Positions 36,361 to 48,600 of a DNA stretch of 64,000 bases are shown here, in pieces. The notes beneath the pieces are model-generated. The model ran no database searches and was not told the DNA's origin. It worked only from the letters and a program-made list of their open reading frames with translations. Origin of the DNA: Mobula hypostoma (lineage: Eukaryota); the NCBI RefSeq assembly GCF_963921235.1, contig NC_086108.1, positions 27,654,001-27,718,000 of the forward strand, read 5' to 3'. The translations under genes were made by a program, and so were the position numbers. How positions within the stretch are numbered: the first letter of the stretch is position 1; each line of letters opens with the position of its first letter.

Positions 36361-39289
36361 CAACTGTGATGCAACCGTGCCTGAAAAGAGAAGTTAAAGA
36401 CAACGTAAAAGCAAAAGAAAGGGCATATAATAGAAAAAATAGTGTGAATTTAGAGGATTGGGAAGCTTTTAAAAGCCAACAGAAGACAATTAAAAGCCAT
36501 GAGGGAAAAGATGAAATATGAAGGTAAGCTAGCCAATCATATCAAAGAGGATACCAAAAGATTTTTTTTGATATATAAAGAGAAAAAGAGAGGTGAGAGT
36601 AGATATTGGACCACTGGAAAATGATGCTAAAGAGGTAGTAATGGGGGACAAGGAAATGGCAGAGAAACTGAATAAATATTTTGCATCATAGGGAAGCAGA
36701 AGTGAATGCAGTTGCTATTACTGGGGAGAAGGTGCCTGGGATGGTAAAAGATCTGAAGGTAGATAAGTGACCTGAACCAGGTGGATTGCCTCCCCTCCCC
36801 CACCCCAAACCCCCAGGTTTCTGCAAGATGTAACTGAACAGATTGTGGAGGAACTAGTAACTATCTTTCTAGAAGCACCAGATTCAGGCATTTTTCCTGA
36901 GGACTGGAAAATTGCAAATGTCATTCCACTCTTCAAGAAGGTAGCAAGACTGAAGAAACGAAATGATAGGCCAGTTAGCCAGACCTCAGTGGATGGCAAG
37001 ATATTGGAGTTGATTGTTAACTATGAAGTCTCAGTTCAGGGTACTTGGAGGCACATCATAAAAGAGGCCAAAGTTAGCATGGTTTCCTTAAGAAAAAATC
37101 TTCGCTGACAAATCTTTTAGAAATATTTGAGGAAATAACAAGCAAAATAGACAAAGGGGAATTGGTATATGTTGTTTACTTGGATTTTCAGAAGGCCTTT
37201 GACAAGGTGCCACACGAGGTTGCTTAACAAAATAAGAGCCCATGGTATTACTGGAAAGATACTAGCGTGGATAGAAGATTGGTTGATTGGCAGGAGACAA
37301 AGAGTGGGAATAAAGGAAGCTTTTTCTGGTTGACTGGTGGTGACTACAGCAGTTGGTGTTGGGACCACTTCTTTCTACATTTGATTTGGATGATGGTGTA
37401 GATTGCTTTGTGGCCAAGTTTGCAGATGACATGAAGATAAATGGAAAGGCAGATAGTGTTGAGGAAATGTGGAAGCAAAGAGTCTACAGAAGGACTTAGA
37501 CGGATTAGGAGAATGGGCAAAAGAAGTGGCAGATGGAATAGTGTTGGGAAGAGGATGGTAGAAGGAATAAAAGTGTAGACTATTTTCTAAACATGGAGAA
37601 GATTCAAAAATCCAAGGTGCAAAGGGAATTAGGGATCCTTGTGTGGGATTCTCTAAATGTTTGAGTCAGTGGTGAGGAAGGCAAATCCAATGATAGAATT
37701 CATTTCAAGAGGACTAAAATATAAAAGCAAGTATGTAATGATGAGGCTATATAAATATGTAATGTTATGGCCTCACTTGGAGTATTGTGATCAGTTTTGG
37801 GCACTTTATTTAAGAAATGACGTGCTGACATTGGACAAGGTTCAGTGGTTCCCAAGAATGATTCTGGGAATTAAATGGTTATCATATGAGGGATGCTTGA
37901 TGGCTCTGGGCCTACACTCACTGGAATTTAGAAAAATGAAGGAGGATCTCATTGAAGCCTGTCAAATATTGAAAGACTTAGATGGAGTGGATGTGGAGAG
38001 GATGTTATCTGTAGTGGGGGAGTCTTGGACCAGAGGGAATAGCATCAGAATAGAGTGATGTCCATTTAGAATGGAGATAAGGAATTTCTTTAGGCAGAAA
38101 GTGAATCTGTGGAATGCATAGCCACTTTCGACACTGGAGGCAAGGTCATTAGGAGTACTTAAGGCAGAGCTTGATAGGTTCTTGATTAGTCCTGAATGAA
38201 AGGTTACAGGTAGAAGACAGGTGAATGGAGTTGAATGAGAAAGTGGTTCAGCTGTGAAACAGTGAAGTAGACGCAATGGGCTGAATGGCCTAATTCTGAT
38301 CCTACGTCTTATGGTCTTATATGTCACATTTAACATTGTTAATATAAGCATAAAATTATGTATAGAACCTGCTATATCCTTATGTCTGCTGAATCAACGA
38401 GATCTGGTGAAAATTGTGAAAATTCTGTGCATATTTTAAAGAAAGGAATGGATTTATATACAAGGACACATTTTGGCTATAATGGGCTATGATCAGGCTT
38501 TTCTTTCACATTCGTTTTGTTTAAACTGCGGTTCCACAATCATTGACCACCTCATTTTTCCCCTTGACACAATTGTGTGAAAATTGATAAGTTATGGAAA
38601 TAATATTGTGATGAGATACTTGACTGCCTACTCAGTGGATTACTGTGTCATGTGCTGAGTGTAATGAGATTCAAAGGCTGGGAGAAGTTTGGCCTGTATG
38701 CTGAGTTGGCTGATCTCCGAGGTAGATAGAAGGGAAAATAAATTCTTTGTATGTCTGAACCATTCAATGACTTTCCTGCCATTCTCTTATATTACTCAAT
38801 AATTATCTGCTATACTAAATATCCACTCAATGAAAATCTATTATAATGTATTTCATACATATACAGTACTATTTTAGTATGTAATATTACTAAGTAACAA
38901 TTACTGAATGACCTACTTAATTATATACAATTAGTGAGTATTCCTCATGAGAAGCACTGTGCATTGTAGAATCCCATTCTATTACACGCATACTGTACGT
39001 CTACACCTTAAACCTTGTCAAACATTATCTCACACAATTATAAGGTTTCAATGAAAGTCTACTTGTTGAAGAGATTCATAATTTATTTTTCTGCATGTCT
39101 GAAAATATAATACCATTTAGAATTTGACAGCATAAATGAGGGTAGAGATGAGTTAATCAGTTAGATTAGCTTTCATGTATGCAAAGTGTGCTAAACCAGA
39201 AGGAAGTCTGAAGAACTTCAGAGATTCACAGTGACTGGTAAATTATTTAGAAGTTTTGATTCAGTCACATGGTTTCAGCTGCGACCTAG

Positions 39290-41590
39290 CAGTGTCAGAA
39301 ACTGTAGGTTCAAGACCCATTCCAACACAAATGAGGGTGACATACCTGCACACTCTTCTTGTGCTAAGAGAAACAGCATCTTTTAGACTAAACCCTAACT
39401 TAAGCTCCCAGATGGACGTAAATGATTTTATCATAATGTTTTGGAAATTACTGAGGCTCTCTCTCCTAGATTCCAGTCAATATTAGCCAGAGAAAGTGGC
39501 TCACCTGAGGACTGGGAGAAATTCAGAGTTCAGCAGAGGAGGACAAAGGGCTTAATTAGGAAGGGGAAAAAAGATTATGAGAGAAAACTGGCAGAGAACA
39601 TAAAAACGGACTGTAAAAGCTTTTATAGATATGTAAAAAGGAAAAGACTGATAAAGACAAATGTAGGTCCCCTGCAAACAGAAACAGGTGAATTGATTAT
39701 GGGGAGCAAGGACATGGCAGACCAATTGAATAATTACTTTGGTTCTGTCTTCACTAAGGAGGACATAAATAATCTTCCAGAAATAGTAAGGGACAGAGGG
39801 TCCAGTGAGATGGAGGAACTGAGCGAAATACATGTTAGTAGGGAAGTGGTGTTAGGTAAATTGAAGGGATTGAAGGCAGATAAATCCCCAGGGCCAGATG
39901 GTCTGCATCCCAGAGTGCTTAAGGAAGTGGCCCAAGAAATAGTGCATGCATTAGTGATAATTTTTCAAAACTCGTTAGATTCTGGACTAGTTCCTGAGGA
40001 TTGGAGGGTGGCTAATGTAACCCCACTTTTTAAAAAAGGAGGGAGAGAGAAACCGGGGAATTATAGGCCGGTTAGCCTAACGTCGGTGGTGGGGAAACTG
40101 CTGGAGTCAGTTATCAAGGATGTGATAACAGCACATTTGGAAAGCGGTGAAATGATCGGACAAAGTCAGCATGGATTTGTGAAAGGAAAATCATGTCTGA
40201 CGAATCTCATAGAATTTTTTGAGGATGTAACTAGTAGAGTGGATAGGGGAGAACCAGTGGATGTGGTATATTTGGATTTTCAAAAGGCTTTTGACAAGGT
40301 CCCACACAGGAGATTAGTGTGCAAACTTAAAGCACACGGTATTGGGGGTAAGGTATTGGTGTGGGTGGAGAATTGATTAGCAGACAGGAAGCAAAGAGTG
40401 GGAATAAACGGGACCTTTTCAGAATGGCAGGCGGTGACTAGTGGGGTACCGCAAGGCTCAGTGCTGGGACCCCAGTTGTTTACAATATATATTAATGACT
40501 TGGATGAGGGAATTAAATGCAGCATCTCCAAGTTTGCGGATGACACGAAGCTGGGTGGCAGTGTTAGCAGTGAGGAGGATGCTAAGAGGATGCAGGGTGA
40601 CTTGGATAGGTTGGGTGAGTGGGCAAACTCATGGCAGATGCAATTTAATGTGGATAAATGTGAAGTTATCCACTTTGGTGGCAAAAATAGGAAAACAGAT
40701 TATTATCTGAATGGTGGCCGATTAGGAAGAGGGGAGGTGCAACGAGACCTGGGTGTCATTATACACCAGTCATTGAAAGTGGGCATGCAGGTACAGCAGG
40801 CGGTGAAAAAGGCGAACGGTATGCTGGCATTTATAGCGAGAGGATTCGAGTACAGGAGCAGGGAGGTACTACTGCAGTTGTACAAGGCCTTGGTGAGACC
40901 ACACCTGGAGTATTGTGTGCAGTTTTGGTCCCCTAATCTGAGGAAAGACATCCTTGCCATAGAGGGAGTACAAAGAAGGTTCACCAGATTGATTCCTGGG
41001 ATGGCAGGTCTTTCATATGAAGAAAGACTGGATGAACTGGGCTTGTACTCGTTGGAATTTAGAAGATTGAGGGGGGATCTGATTGAAACGTATAAGATCC
41101 TAAAGGGATTGGACAGGCTAGATGCGGGAAGATTGTTCCCGATGTTGGGGAGGTCTAGAACGAGGGGTCACAGTTTGAGGATAGAGGGGAAGCCTTTTAG
41201 GACCGAGGTTAGGAAAAACTTCTTCACACAGAGAGTGGTGAATCTGTGGAATTCTCTGCCACAGCAAACTGTTGAGGCCAGTTCATTAGCTATGTTTAAA
41301 AGGAAGTTAGATATGGCCCTTGTGGCTACAGGGGTCAGGGGGTATGGAGGGAAGGCTGGGTTCTGAGTTGGATGATCAGCCATGATCATAATAAATGGCG
41401 GTGCAGGCTCGAAGGGCCGAATGGCCTACTCCTGCACCTATTTTCTATGTTTCTATGTTTCTATGTTAATATTACTGTCGCTTTGCTATTTGTAGCAGTT
41501 TTCTCTGTTTAAATGGCTACAATTTAAAATGCTCTCCATTGGTTGTAAAAGTATCTTGTGATAACATGAGAGAATGAAAAGCTCTATTTA
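39290..41590 (+). mobile_element. Ancient Deu-domain-like SINE split by the young CR1
   Basis: GGTTCAAGACCC B-box and CAGATGGACGTAAATGAT...CCAGTCAATATT before the CR1; TTGCTATTTG...CATTGGTTGTAAAAG...TGAAAAGCTCTAT after it. Confidence 0.45.
39486..41467 (+). mobile_element. Young 5'-truncated CR1 LINE; ORF2 (RT) open except for one in-frame TGA
   Basis: ORFs 39441..40376 and 40398..41366 share a frame; TSD AATATTA at 39479-39485 and 41468-41474; (TTTCTATG)n tail. Confidence 0.97.
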
Positions 41591-43547
41591 GTGCTTTTTG
41601 CATCATGGTAGCTCATATGACTGTGACATCACAGACTATTGACCTCAAAGTTCTTGTTGGATTTCTGTCCTGCACACTTTAGCTCACAGAAGTTAAAGAG
41701 ATTATCTGAGTTTTAATTACCACAGAATTCATGCTTAAGGCTGTTTACTTCTTTAATGAGCTAAGTCACAGGGAGCTGTGATGACTGAGGTTCATAGTAG
41801 AATCAGAACAGCAGCTGACACGTTCCCCCCTCCCCACCACAGTACAACACCATTCCAACAGCCAGTCACCATCAACTCCCTGTACTGCCCAACTCAGAAT
41901 AGACTACCCTAATATAGAGCAGCTTTACCAAAATAAACCTTCCCAAAGTGCTTTCCAAGACCATTGGACAACTCCTCCCACCAGGAAATGTATAGAATCA
42001 TTTGTTCAGAGAGATAGTTCATGGAGGGGAAGAGCCAGACCTATTTCAAAGGCACTGGCTGAGTTTACAGCCTCAGCATGACTACCAGGAGCGGACTGTG
42101 TAAAACTGGAGATGATAGAGGAGCCAGAATTAGAAGAGCACAGGATGAAGCTATCAAAACCAGTTATAAACTATACTCTCTAGCTCCTTGCTTGGCTCAG
42201 TACATGTCAGAAGATGCCTTTTAGAGAATGGAGCTGTATGTTTTCCAGTTTAACTTTAGCATCATTACATTTCTTCTCTAATGTTCTTTCTGATGAATGG
42301 TGTCGATGAGCGTAGATCTCAATGTCGCCACTGTACACATTATACAATCTCATTAACATAATCTCTTAGTTTCTTATTCTGCAAATTCTTAGTATTATCG
42401 TTGACTTACCAAGCAAATGGGAAATGTGATTAATTGCCTGTGGAAGGCAATAAAAAATGAGTGATAACCCAGGTGAGAGATGCTCCAATACTCATTATTG
42501 TGCAGTTATGGAAGGATCTGCTTCAGGGACTTCACCAGTACAGCCTTCATGATTCATACTGTTTGCTTTTGGAACTGTTATTGCCATCGTATCCTGTCTG
42601 TTTTATTACTTTATTTTTTTTTCATCAAGGTCATAAAATATGCCCAGTAATGGAATGGGAATCACTATTTAAATGTGTTTCATCAAATCAACTATGAAAA
42701 CTTCACAGTCGCATTGCCTGTCTTTATCAATGCTTCTATTTTCTTCACAACTCACTGTAGGTAGGTGATTGACGTTTGTCTATCTTGCAGTGAGAGAAGG
42801 TGAACTGTAATACCTGTCCCAAGCTATTAATATTCTATCTGGAATGGGTGTGTAAGCCTGAGTAAGTCCATGTATAAGTGGCTACAACTGTAATCACGAT
42901 TCATTGTCTTTCCGAAGAGAACCATGTGAGTTACAAGTATACCCAGAATTATCTCCATTGTCTCTCAGTCTCAATAGCTGCCTTCCTTCGAATTGATCGA
43001 GCTGGATTGGCAACACGATACACCGCTGTGTGAAGAAACACTACTGTCATTGTGGCTTCCTGTGAAGCTTTGTGGAAAATACTGAAGCTCCACTTAAATG
43101 TAAAATAAAATCTTGAAAACATGATTTTAGCCTAATGTAAATAGAGAGATTTCTTGAATGGCTTAGAGACCGTCTTCAGCAAGAGGCTAAATCATACATG
43201 GAGGAAAGATGTTTATTTAGAAATTCATGACTGACCAGTGGTACCGAGGTCTGTTCTGCTTCATGTTGTCTTTGATGCCATCCATACTTGGCAACTTACA
43301 CCTTTGTGTGTTATTTCTGATGCTCCTTACTCCAGCACTTAGCAGAATCTTACGGCTATTTGAAAAGCCTGCATTAAAGGCCACAAGCTTGATATAAAAA
43401 TGTTGAACAGGATGCTCTGGGCTCCTCTCAGAGATGTACTAGTAATGCTATAAATAACCCTTTCATGCAGGCAAGTGACCAAAAGTTCAAAGGGAAGTTA
43501 ATGGCATGTGCAAAAGAGAATACATTGTTGATGTACAGAGAAATAAG

Positions 43548-44358
43548 AGGTTCAAAGGTTCACAGGTACAATGTAATGTCACAGAAATGTATACAATATA
43601 CATCCTGAAATGCTTTTCCTTCACATCCATCCATGAAAACAGAGGAGTGTCCCAAGAATAAACGACAGTTAAATGTTAGAACCCCAAAGTCCCCCCCACA
43701 GCTCCCCTCCCTCCCGCGCATAAGTGGCAGTGAGCAACAATCCCTCTCCCCCCACCAGCAAAAATAAAGTTCACCCGCTACCAGCACTCAAGTATGAGCA
43801 AAGCAATGGCAAAGACACAGACTTGTAGTTACCCCAAAGACTACATTGTTCACCCGATAATTCAACATGCTGCAGGCTCGCTCTCTCCTAATAAGGGAGA
43901 AAGAGGTGATCCGTTTTCCAACCAGCGGGGAGATATAACAAACAACTCGCTGGTTTACGCAGTTAAAAGTCCGTTACATCGCGTTTTTCAATACCTGTGC
44001 CTGAAGATCGCAAAGATTCCAGGTCCCCAGGCACACAGCAGATGTTCCGACTCCCCCAGTGACGCACGGGTATTCTGTAGCGACACCAACCTTTGATCCA
44101 CTCGTCTCCAGTTCCTCGAGATCCCAGGCTTCTGAATATGAGCCGAAATCTTAGGCCAAGCCTTTGGCATGTCGAATAGCGGTGGAGTGTGGAACCCCGA
44201 GAGCGGGTCCCATTCTTGCAATGAACCGTTGTCAGCGTGTAACTCCAGGTCAGTGTCTTCAAAAGAACCCTGAGAGGGAAAAATAGAGATATTGTGGATG
44301 GAAATAGAACTGTTTTCAAAGATGCAAACAAAGGAGTTGCCGTTGGGCAACATAACTA
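43548..44358 (-). mobile_element. Unclassified ~800-bp non-coding retroposon (copy 2)
   Basis: Reverse-complement homologue of 21405-22217 (CAGGGTTCTTTTGAAGAC.CTGACCTGGAGTTACAC...CAGGATGTATATTGTATACATTTCT). Confidence 0.8.
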
Positions 44359-45546
44359 CTTAGCTCCGCCTCCTCTAGGGGAAAGGGGTTGCTCTGCTGG
44401 GAACCTGCATAGACCAATGGGCTGAATGCCCTCTGGTATCATGTTAAGTACAGGCTCACCATCTTTCAGTACCCATGGAAAGAGTACTACCAGAATCATA
44501 AGAAAAGAATAAATGCATAAAAATAATGAACCATGCAAAATACATGCACAGCTGACTGGGAAGAAACTAGTTCCACATCTATGTGAGCTCTTAGATGCAT
44601 GCAGTGCACTTCCTTAATAACTCAACATCTGTGTACTTGGACAAATTTCTCTGAGGTCCAAGTTATCCTTCCTTTTTTGAGTGTCCTTACCTGAGCAGCA
44701 GCTTGCCAAGGTGACTGCTCCTCAGTATAAACCAATGAAGAACCTTGTTCTTCACAACTGTCAACAAAATTCCCGGGTTTTCTAGGAAAAATCACTTTCC
44801 GTTATACAGTGGCATCCAAAAGTTTGGGCACCCCAGTCAAAATTTCTGTTACTGTGAATAGTTACGTGAGTAGAAGATGAAATGATCTTCAAAAGTCATA
44901 AAGTTAAAGATTTAACATTCTTTTCAACATTTTAAGCAAGATTAGTGTTTTTTGTTCTGTACAATTTTAGAGTGAAAGAAAGGAAAGGAGCACCATGCAA
45001 AAATTCAGGCACCCCAAGAGATTTGAGCTCACAGATAACTTTTACCGAGGTCTCAGACCTTAATTAGCTTGTTAGGGCTGTGGCTTGTTCACAGTCATCA
45101 TTAGGAAAGGCCAGGTGATGCAAATTTCGAAGCTTTATAAATACTCTGACTCCTCAAACCTTCTCCCAACAATCAGCAGCCATGGGCTCCTCTAAGCAGC
45201 TGCCTAGCACTCTGAAAATTAAAATAAATGATGCCCACAAAACAGGAGAAGGCTACAAGAAGATAGCAAAGAGTTTTCAGGTAGCCATTTCCTCAGTTCG
45301 TAATGTAATCAGTTAACAGGAACAGTGGAGGTCAAGTTGAGGTCTGGAAGACCAAGAAAACTTTCCAAGAGAACTGTTTATAGGATTGCTAGAAAGGCAA
45401 ATCAAAACCCCCATTTGACAGCAAAAGACCCAGAGGAAGATTTAACGCAAACAACAGGAATTCTGCAGATGCTGGAAATTCAAGCAACATACATCAAAGT
45501 TGCTGGTGAACGCAGCAGGCCAAGCAGCGTCTATAGGAAGAGGTGC

Positions 45547-45582
45547 AGTCGACGTTTCAGGCCGAGACCCTTCGTCAGGACT
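45547..45582 (-). ncRNA. Minimal type-I hammerhead ribozyme motif
   Basis: Exact reverse complement of 45634-45669. Confidence 0.8.
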
Positions 45583-45633
45583 AACTGAAGGAAGAGTGAG
45601 TAAGGGAATCCCTTACTCACTCTTCCTTCAGTT

Positions 45634-45669
45634 AGTCCTGACGAAGGGTCTCGGCCTGAAACGTCGACT
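45634..45669 (+). ncRNA. Minimal type-I hammerhead ribozyme motif
   Basis: AGUC-CUGACGA-AGG(GUCUCGG)CCU-GAAA-CG-UC/GACU: stem I AGUC:GACU, intact core boxes, GUC cleavage triplet ending at 45665. Confidence 0.8.
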
Positions 45670-48600
45670 GCACCTCTTCCTATAGACGCTGCTTGGCCTG
45701 CTGCGTTCACCAGCAAATTTGATGTATGTTGTCAGAGGAAGATTTAGTTGACTCTGGAGTGGTGGTGCACTGTTCTACTGTGCAGTGACACCTGCACAAA
45801 TATGACCTTCATGGAGGAGTCATCAGAAGAAAACCTTTCCTGCGTCCTCACCACAAAATTCAGCGTCAGAAGTTTGCAAAGGAACGTCTAAACAAGACTG
45901 ATGCATTTTGGAAACAAGTCCTGTGGACTGATGAATTTAAAATAGAACTTTTTGGCCACAATGAGCAAAGGTATGTTTGGAGAAAAAAGGTTGCAGAATT
46001 TCATAAAAAGAACACCTCTCCAACACAGGGGTGGATTGATCATGCTTTGGGATGTTTTGCAGTCAGTGGTACGGGGAACATTTCACTGGTAGAGGGAAGA
46101 ATGAATTCAATTAAATACTAGCAAATTCTGGAAGTAAACGTCACTCCGTCTGTAAAAAAGCTGAAGATGAAAAGAGGATGGCTTCAACAACAGGATAATG
46201 ATCCTAAACACACCTCAACCTCCACAATGGACTACCTCAAGAGGTGCAAGCTGAAGGTTTTGCCGTGGCCCTCATAGTCCCCCGACCTATACATCATTGA
46301 AAATCTGTGGATAGACCCCAAAAGAGCAGTGCATGCAAGAATCTCACAGAACTAGAAGACTTTTGCAAGGAAGAATGGGCGAAAATCCCCCAAACAAGAA
46401 TTGAAAGACTCTTAGCTGGCTACAGAAAGCGTTTACAAGCTGTGATACTTGCCGAAGGGGGTGTTACTAAGTACTGACCATGCAGGGTGCCCAAACGTTT
46501 GCTTCGGGCCTTTTTCATTTTTTGTTATTTTGAAACTGTAAAAGATGGAAATTAAAAAGTACTCATGCTTAAAATATTAAAGAAATGTATCCTCTTTAAC
46601 TTTATGTCTTTTGGAAATCAGGTCATCTTTTACTCACTTAGCTATTCACAGTAACAAAAATTTTGACCAGGGATGCCCTAACTTTTGCATGCCACTGTAT
46701 CACTCCTCTCTCTGAGCTCTTTGGGACAATAGAAACAGAAACAAACAGTTTGCAAACACAAAGAAGTGCAGGGGTAATGGTTAACGACTGCACCTGACTC
46801 GCAAACATGTGTGCCCTGGCAGTTCATCATCACCAGTCTTGACATTTAATGACAGCACGCTGCGTCTTCAGGAACTTCAATCTCTTCCACTAGCTGGTGG
46901 AATGTTAAAGGCAATTTTGAGATGAACAACCATGAGCAACGTCCACAGACACTCCTCAGAAACTAGCTATCTGAAGGATGAAAATGAAGCAATTGTATAA
47001 GCCCAGGTACTAAAACATTACGAAGATGAGTTGCACACATTGTGAAGTGGATCTTCTTGAAATGACTTAAAACCTCTGGGGTTTGTAATGGAGTCGAAAT
47101 GCAAGTCAGGCATTTTAAAAAAAACACTTATGTTTCTTAAGCTCCTTTAAGTGCATGATTTGAAAATGCATCTCAGAATACAGATCAATCTGGGCATTTA
47201 CTGAAATGCCTCCACTCACAGACTTAACCAGGTGAGCGCAGCAAAGCTGTCTCAAAGAAGATGACCTTATCTAATAATTGATGTGCATCATACATTGTGG
47301 GTGGAATCACTGCTAGGCAAGAATGTTCTATACATTGGATTCCTCACTGTACCTGCATTTCCTAGTGGAGAGCAGGTGTTAGTTAGTTCTAATATTTCAT
47401 CAGTTTTGCTGCTTCCTGCTCCTTAACAGCTGTCAAGAAATCACTAGCTCCTGGACTCGAGAATCCTATCACCACTGACAGCTCCTTGAACCGTGCAACT
47501 GCAAAAGGCTTTGTTGAAAATTTAATCCTCTCAACGATGTATCTTCAAATGACCACCACCATCCAAAGGCAGCCGAAAGATGCAGGCAATCGGAATAATC
47601 TTTTAAAGACTAAGAGCGCTGCCACAATAATTCAATGCAGATGCTGTAAATTTTATGCACTTCATGCTGCAAATATGTGTCAGAGTATCTCAACAAAATA
47701 AAATCTCACACATCAGACTTCCACAGAATGCTGTACTCTGCTCTGCTCTTCTTTCCTAAGGTTTGGATGAGATGTTCCAAGCTCTCACCAGTATGGCAAA
47801 TATTCCATTATTTTACATATTGTCTTCCTGATTTCTGGCTGAGTCAATTCTTCTCATTCCCTTTTATTTATCTTGTCCCTCCTCTACTGTGTCACTCAGA
47901 GTCATAGATTCATGCAGCATGGGACAGGCCCAACAGACGTACTCATTCGTGCCAACCAAGATGTCCATCCAAGCTCGTCCTGTGTTTAGAAGGTATGCTT
48001 CTAACCTTTCATCTCCATGCACCTGTCCAAGTGTCTTGTAAAAGTTGCTATTATACTAGCCTTGGGCACTTAGTTGGTTCCTATTAAATCTTTCCCTTCT
48101 TACTTCCTTCCTTTCCTTTCCCAACTTTCACATCAACAATGATGACTCTCCTTCTGTGGGTGTTCCTAAGATGTGCCCTGAACCTCAGTGCATTCTTTCT
48201 GGTTGGTTTGGGCCAACAAATCCATCCAGCCACAGTATCCCTTCCAGTTTTCACATTGAGATGCATCAGTCCTAAACCCTATGATATCTCAATTCCATGG
48301 TCTTTCTACATAGCTCAACACTCCTTACTTCTGCAAGTGTTAATCCTCCCCATAGTCTTCTTGTGTCTACCTATATTAATGCCTTTTCCAGGGATCTGAC
48401 TAAGACATGGCAGACTCTAGTAAAAGCTGCTAGGGCTGATTCTATGCTGTGAATATCATGTAGGTCTATGCAAGACCGTCATGTAGGACTGCACCCACAA
48501 AACCTGTTACCCCCTTCATCTGGACCTGCAACCACTCAAACCTACTAAACCAAACCAAACAGCCAACTCCTAATGACTTCAAGGTGTCACCATCATGACA

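Larger units (their letters stand above)
27420..38320 (+). mobile_element. Degenerate near-full-length CR1 LINE (5' UTR, ORF1 esterase, ORF2 APE + RT) carrying five nested insertions
   Basis: ORF1 remnants IADSIVRG...FCG (28500-28570) resume at 32987 (LPG.R...IGTND); APE remnants ~34200-35000; RT 36840-38060 (EDWKIANV, PHLEYCDQFW); tail TCTTATGGTCTTAT. Confidence 0.85.
45445..45732. mobile_element. Fold-back Penelope-like terminal repeat insertion
   Basis: Arms 45485-45607 and 45609-45731 (122/123 complementary, 1-nt spacer); TSD CAGAGGAAGATTTA at 45431-45444 and 45733-45746. Confidence 0.95.
45182..46477 (+). pseudogene. Disrupted Tc1 transposase
   Basis: MGSSKQL...GYKKIAK; GRPRK; VLWTDE; QQDNDPKH...WPS*SPDLYIIE with 34 residues between the second D and E; stops, deletions and a PLE insertion. 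Confidence 0.93.
44807..46697 (+). mobile_element. Tc1-family DNA transposon (DD34E, IR/DR-type ends)
   Basis: TA TSDs; TIR CAGTGGCATCCAAAAGTTTGGGCACCCC / GGGATGCCCTAACTTTTGCATGCCACTG; inner repeats near 44995-45015 and 46486-46502. Confidence 0.95.

Noticed and set aside
45500..45716. Twin 61-aa ORFs on opposite strands
   Set aside because: They are a by-product of the palindrome and start at non-ATG codons.
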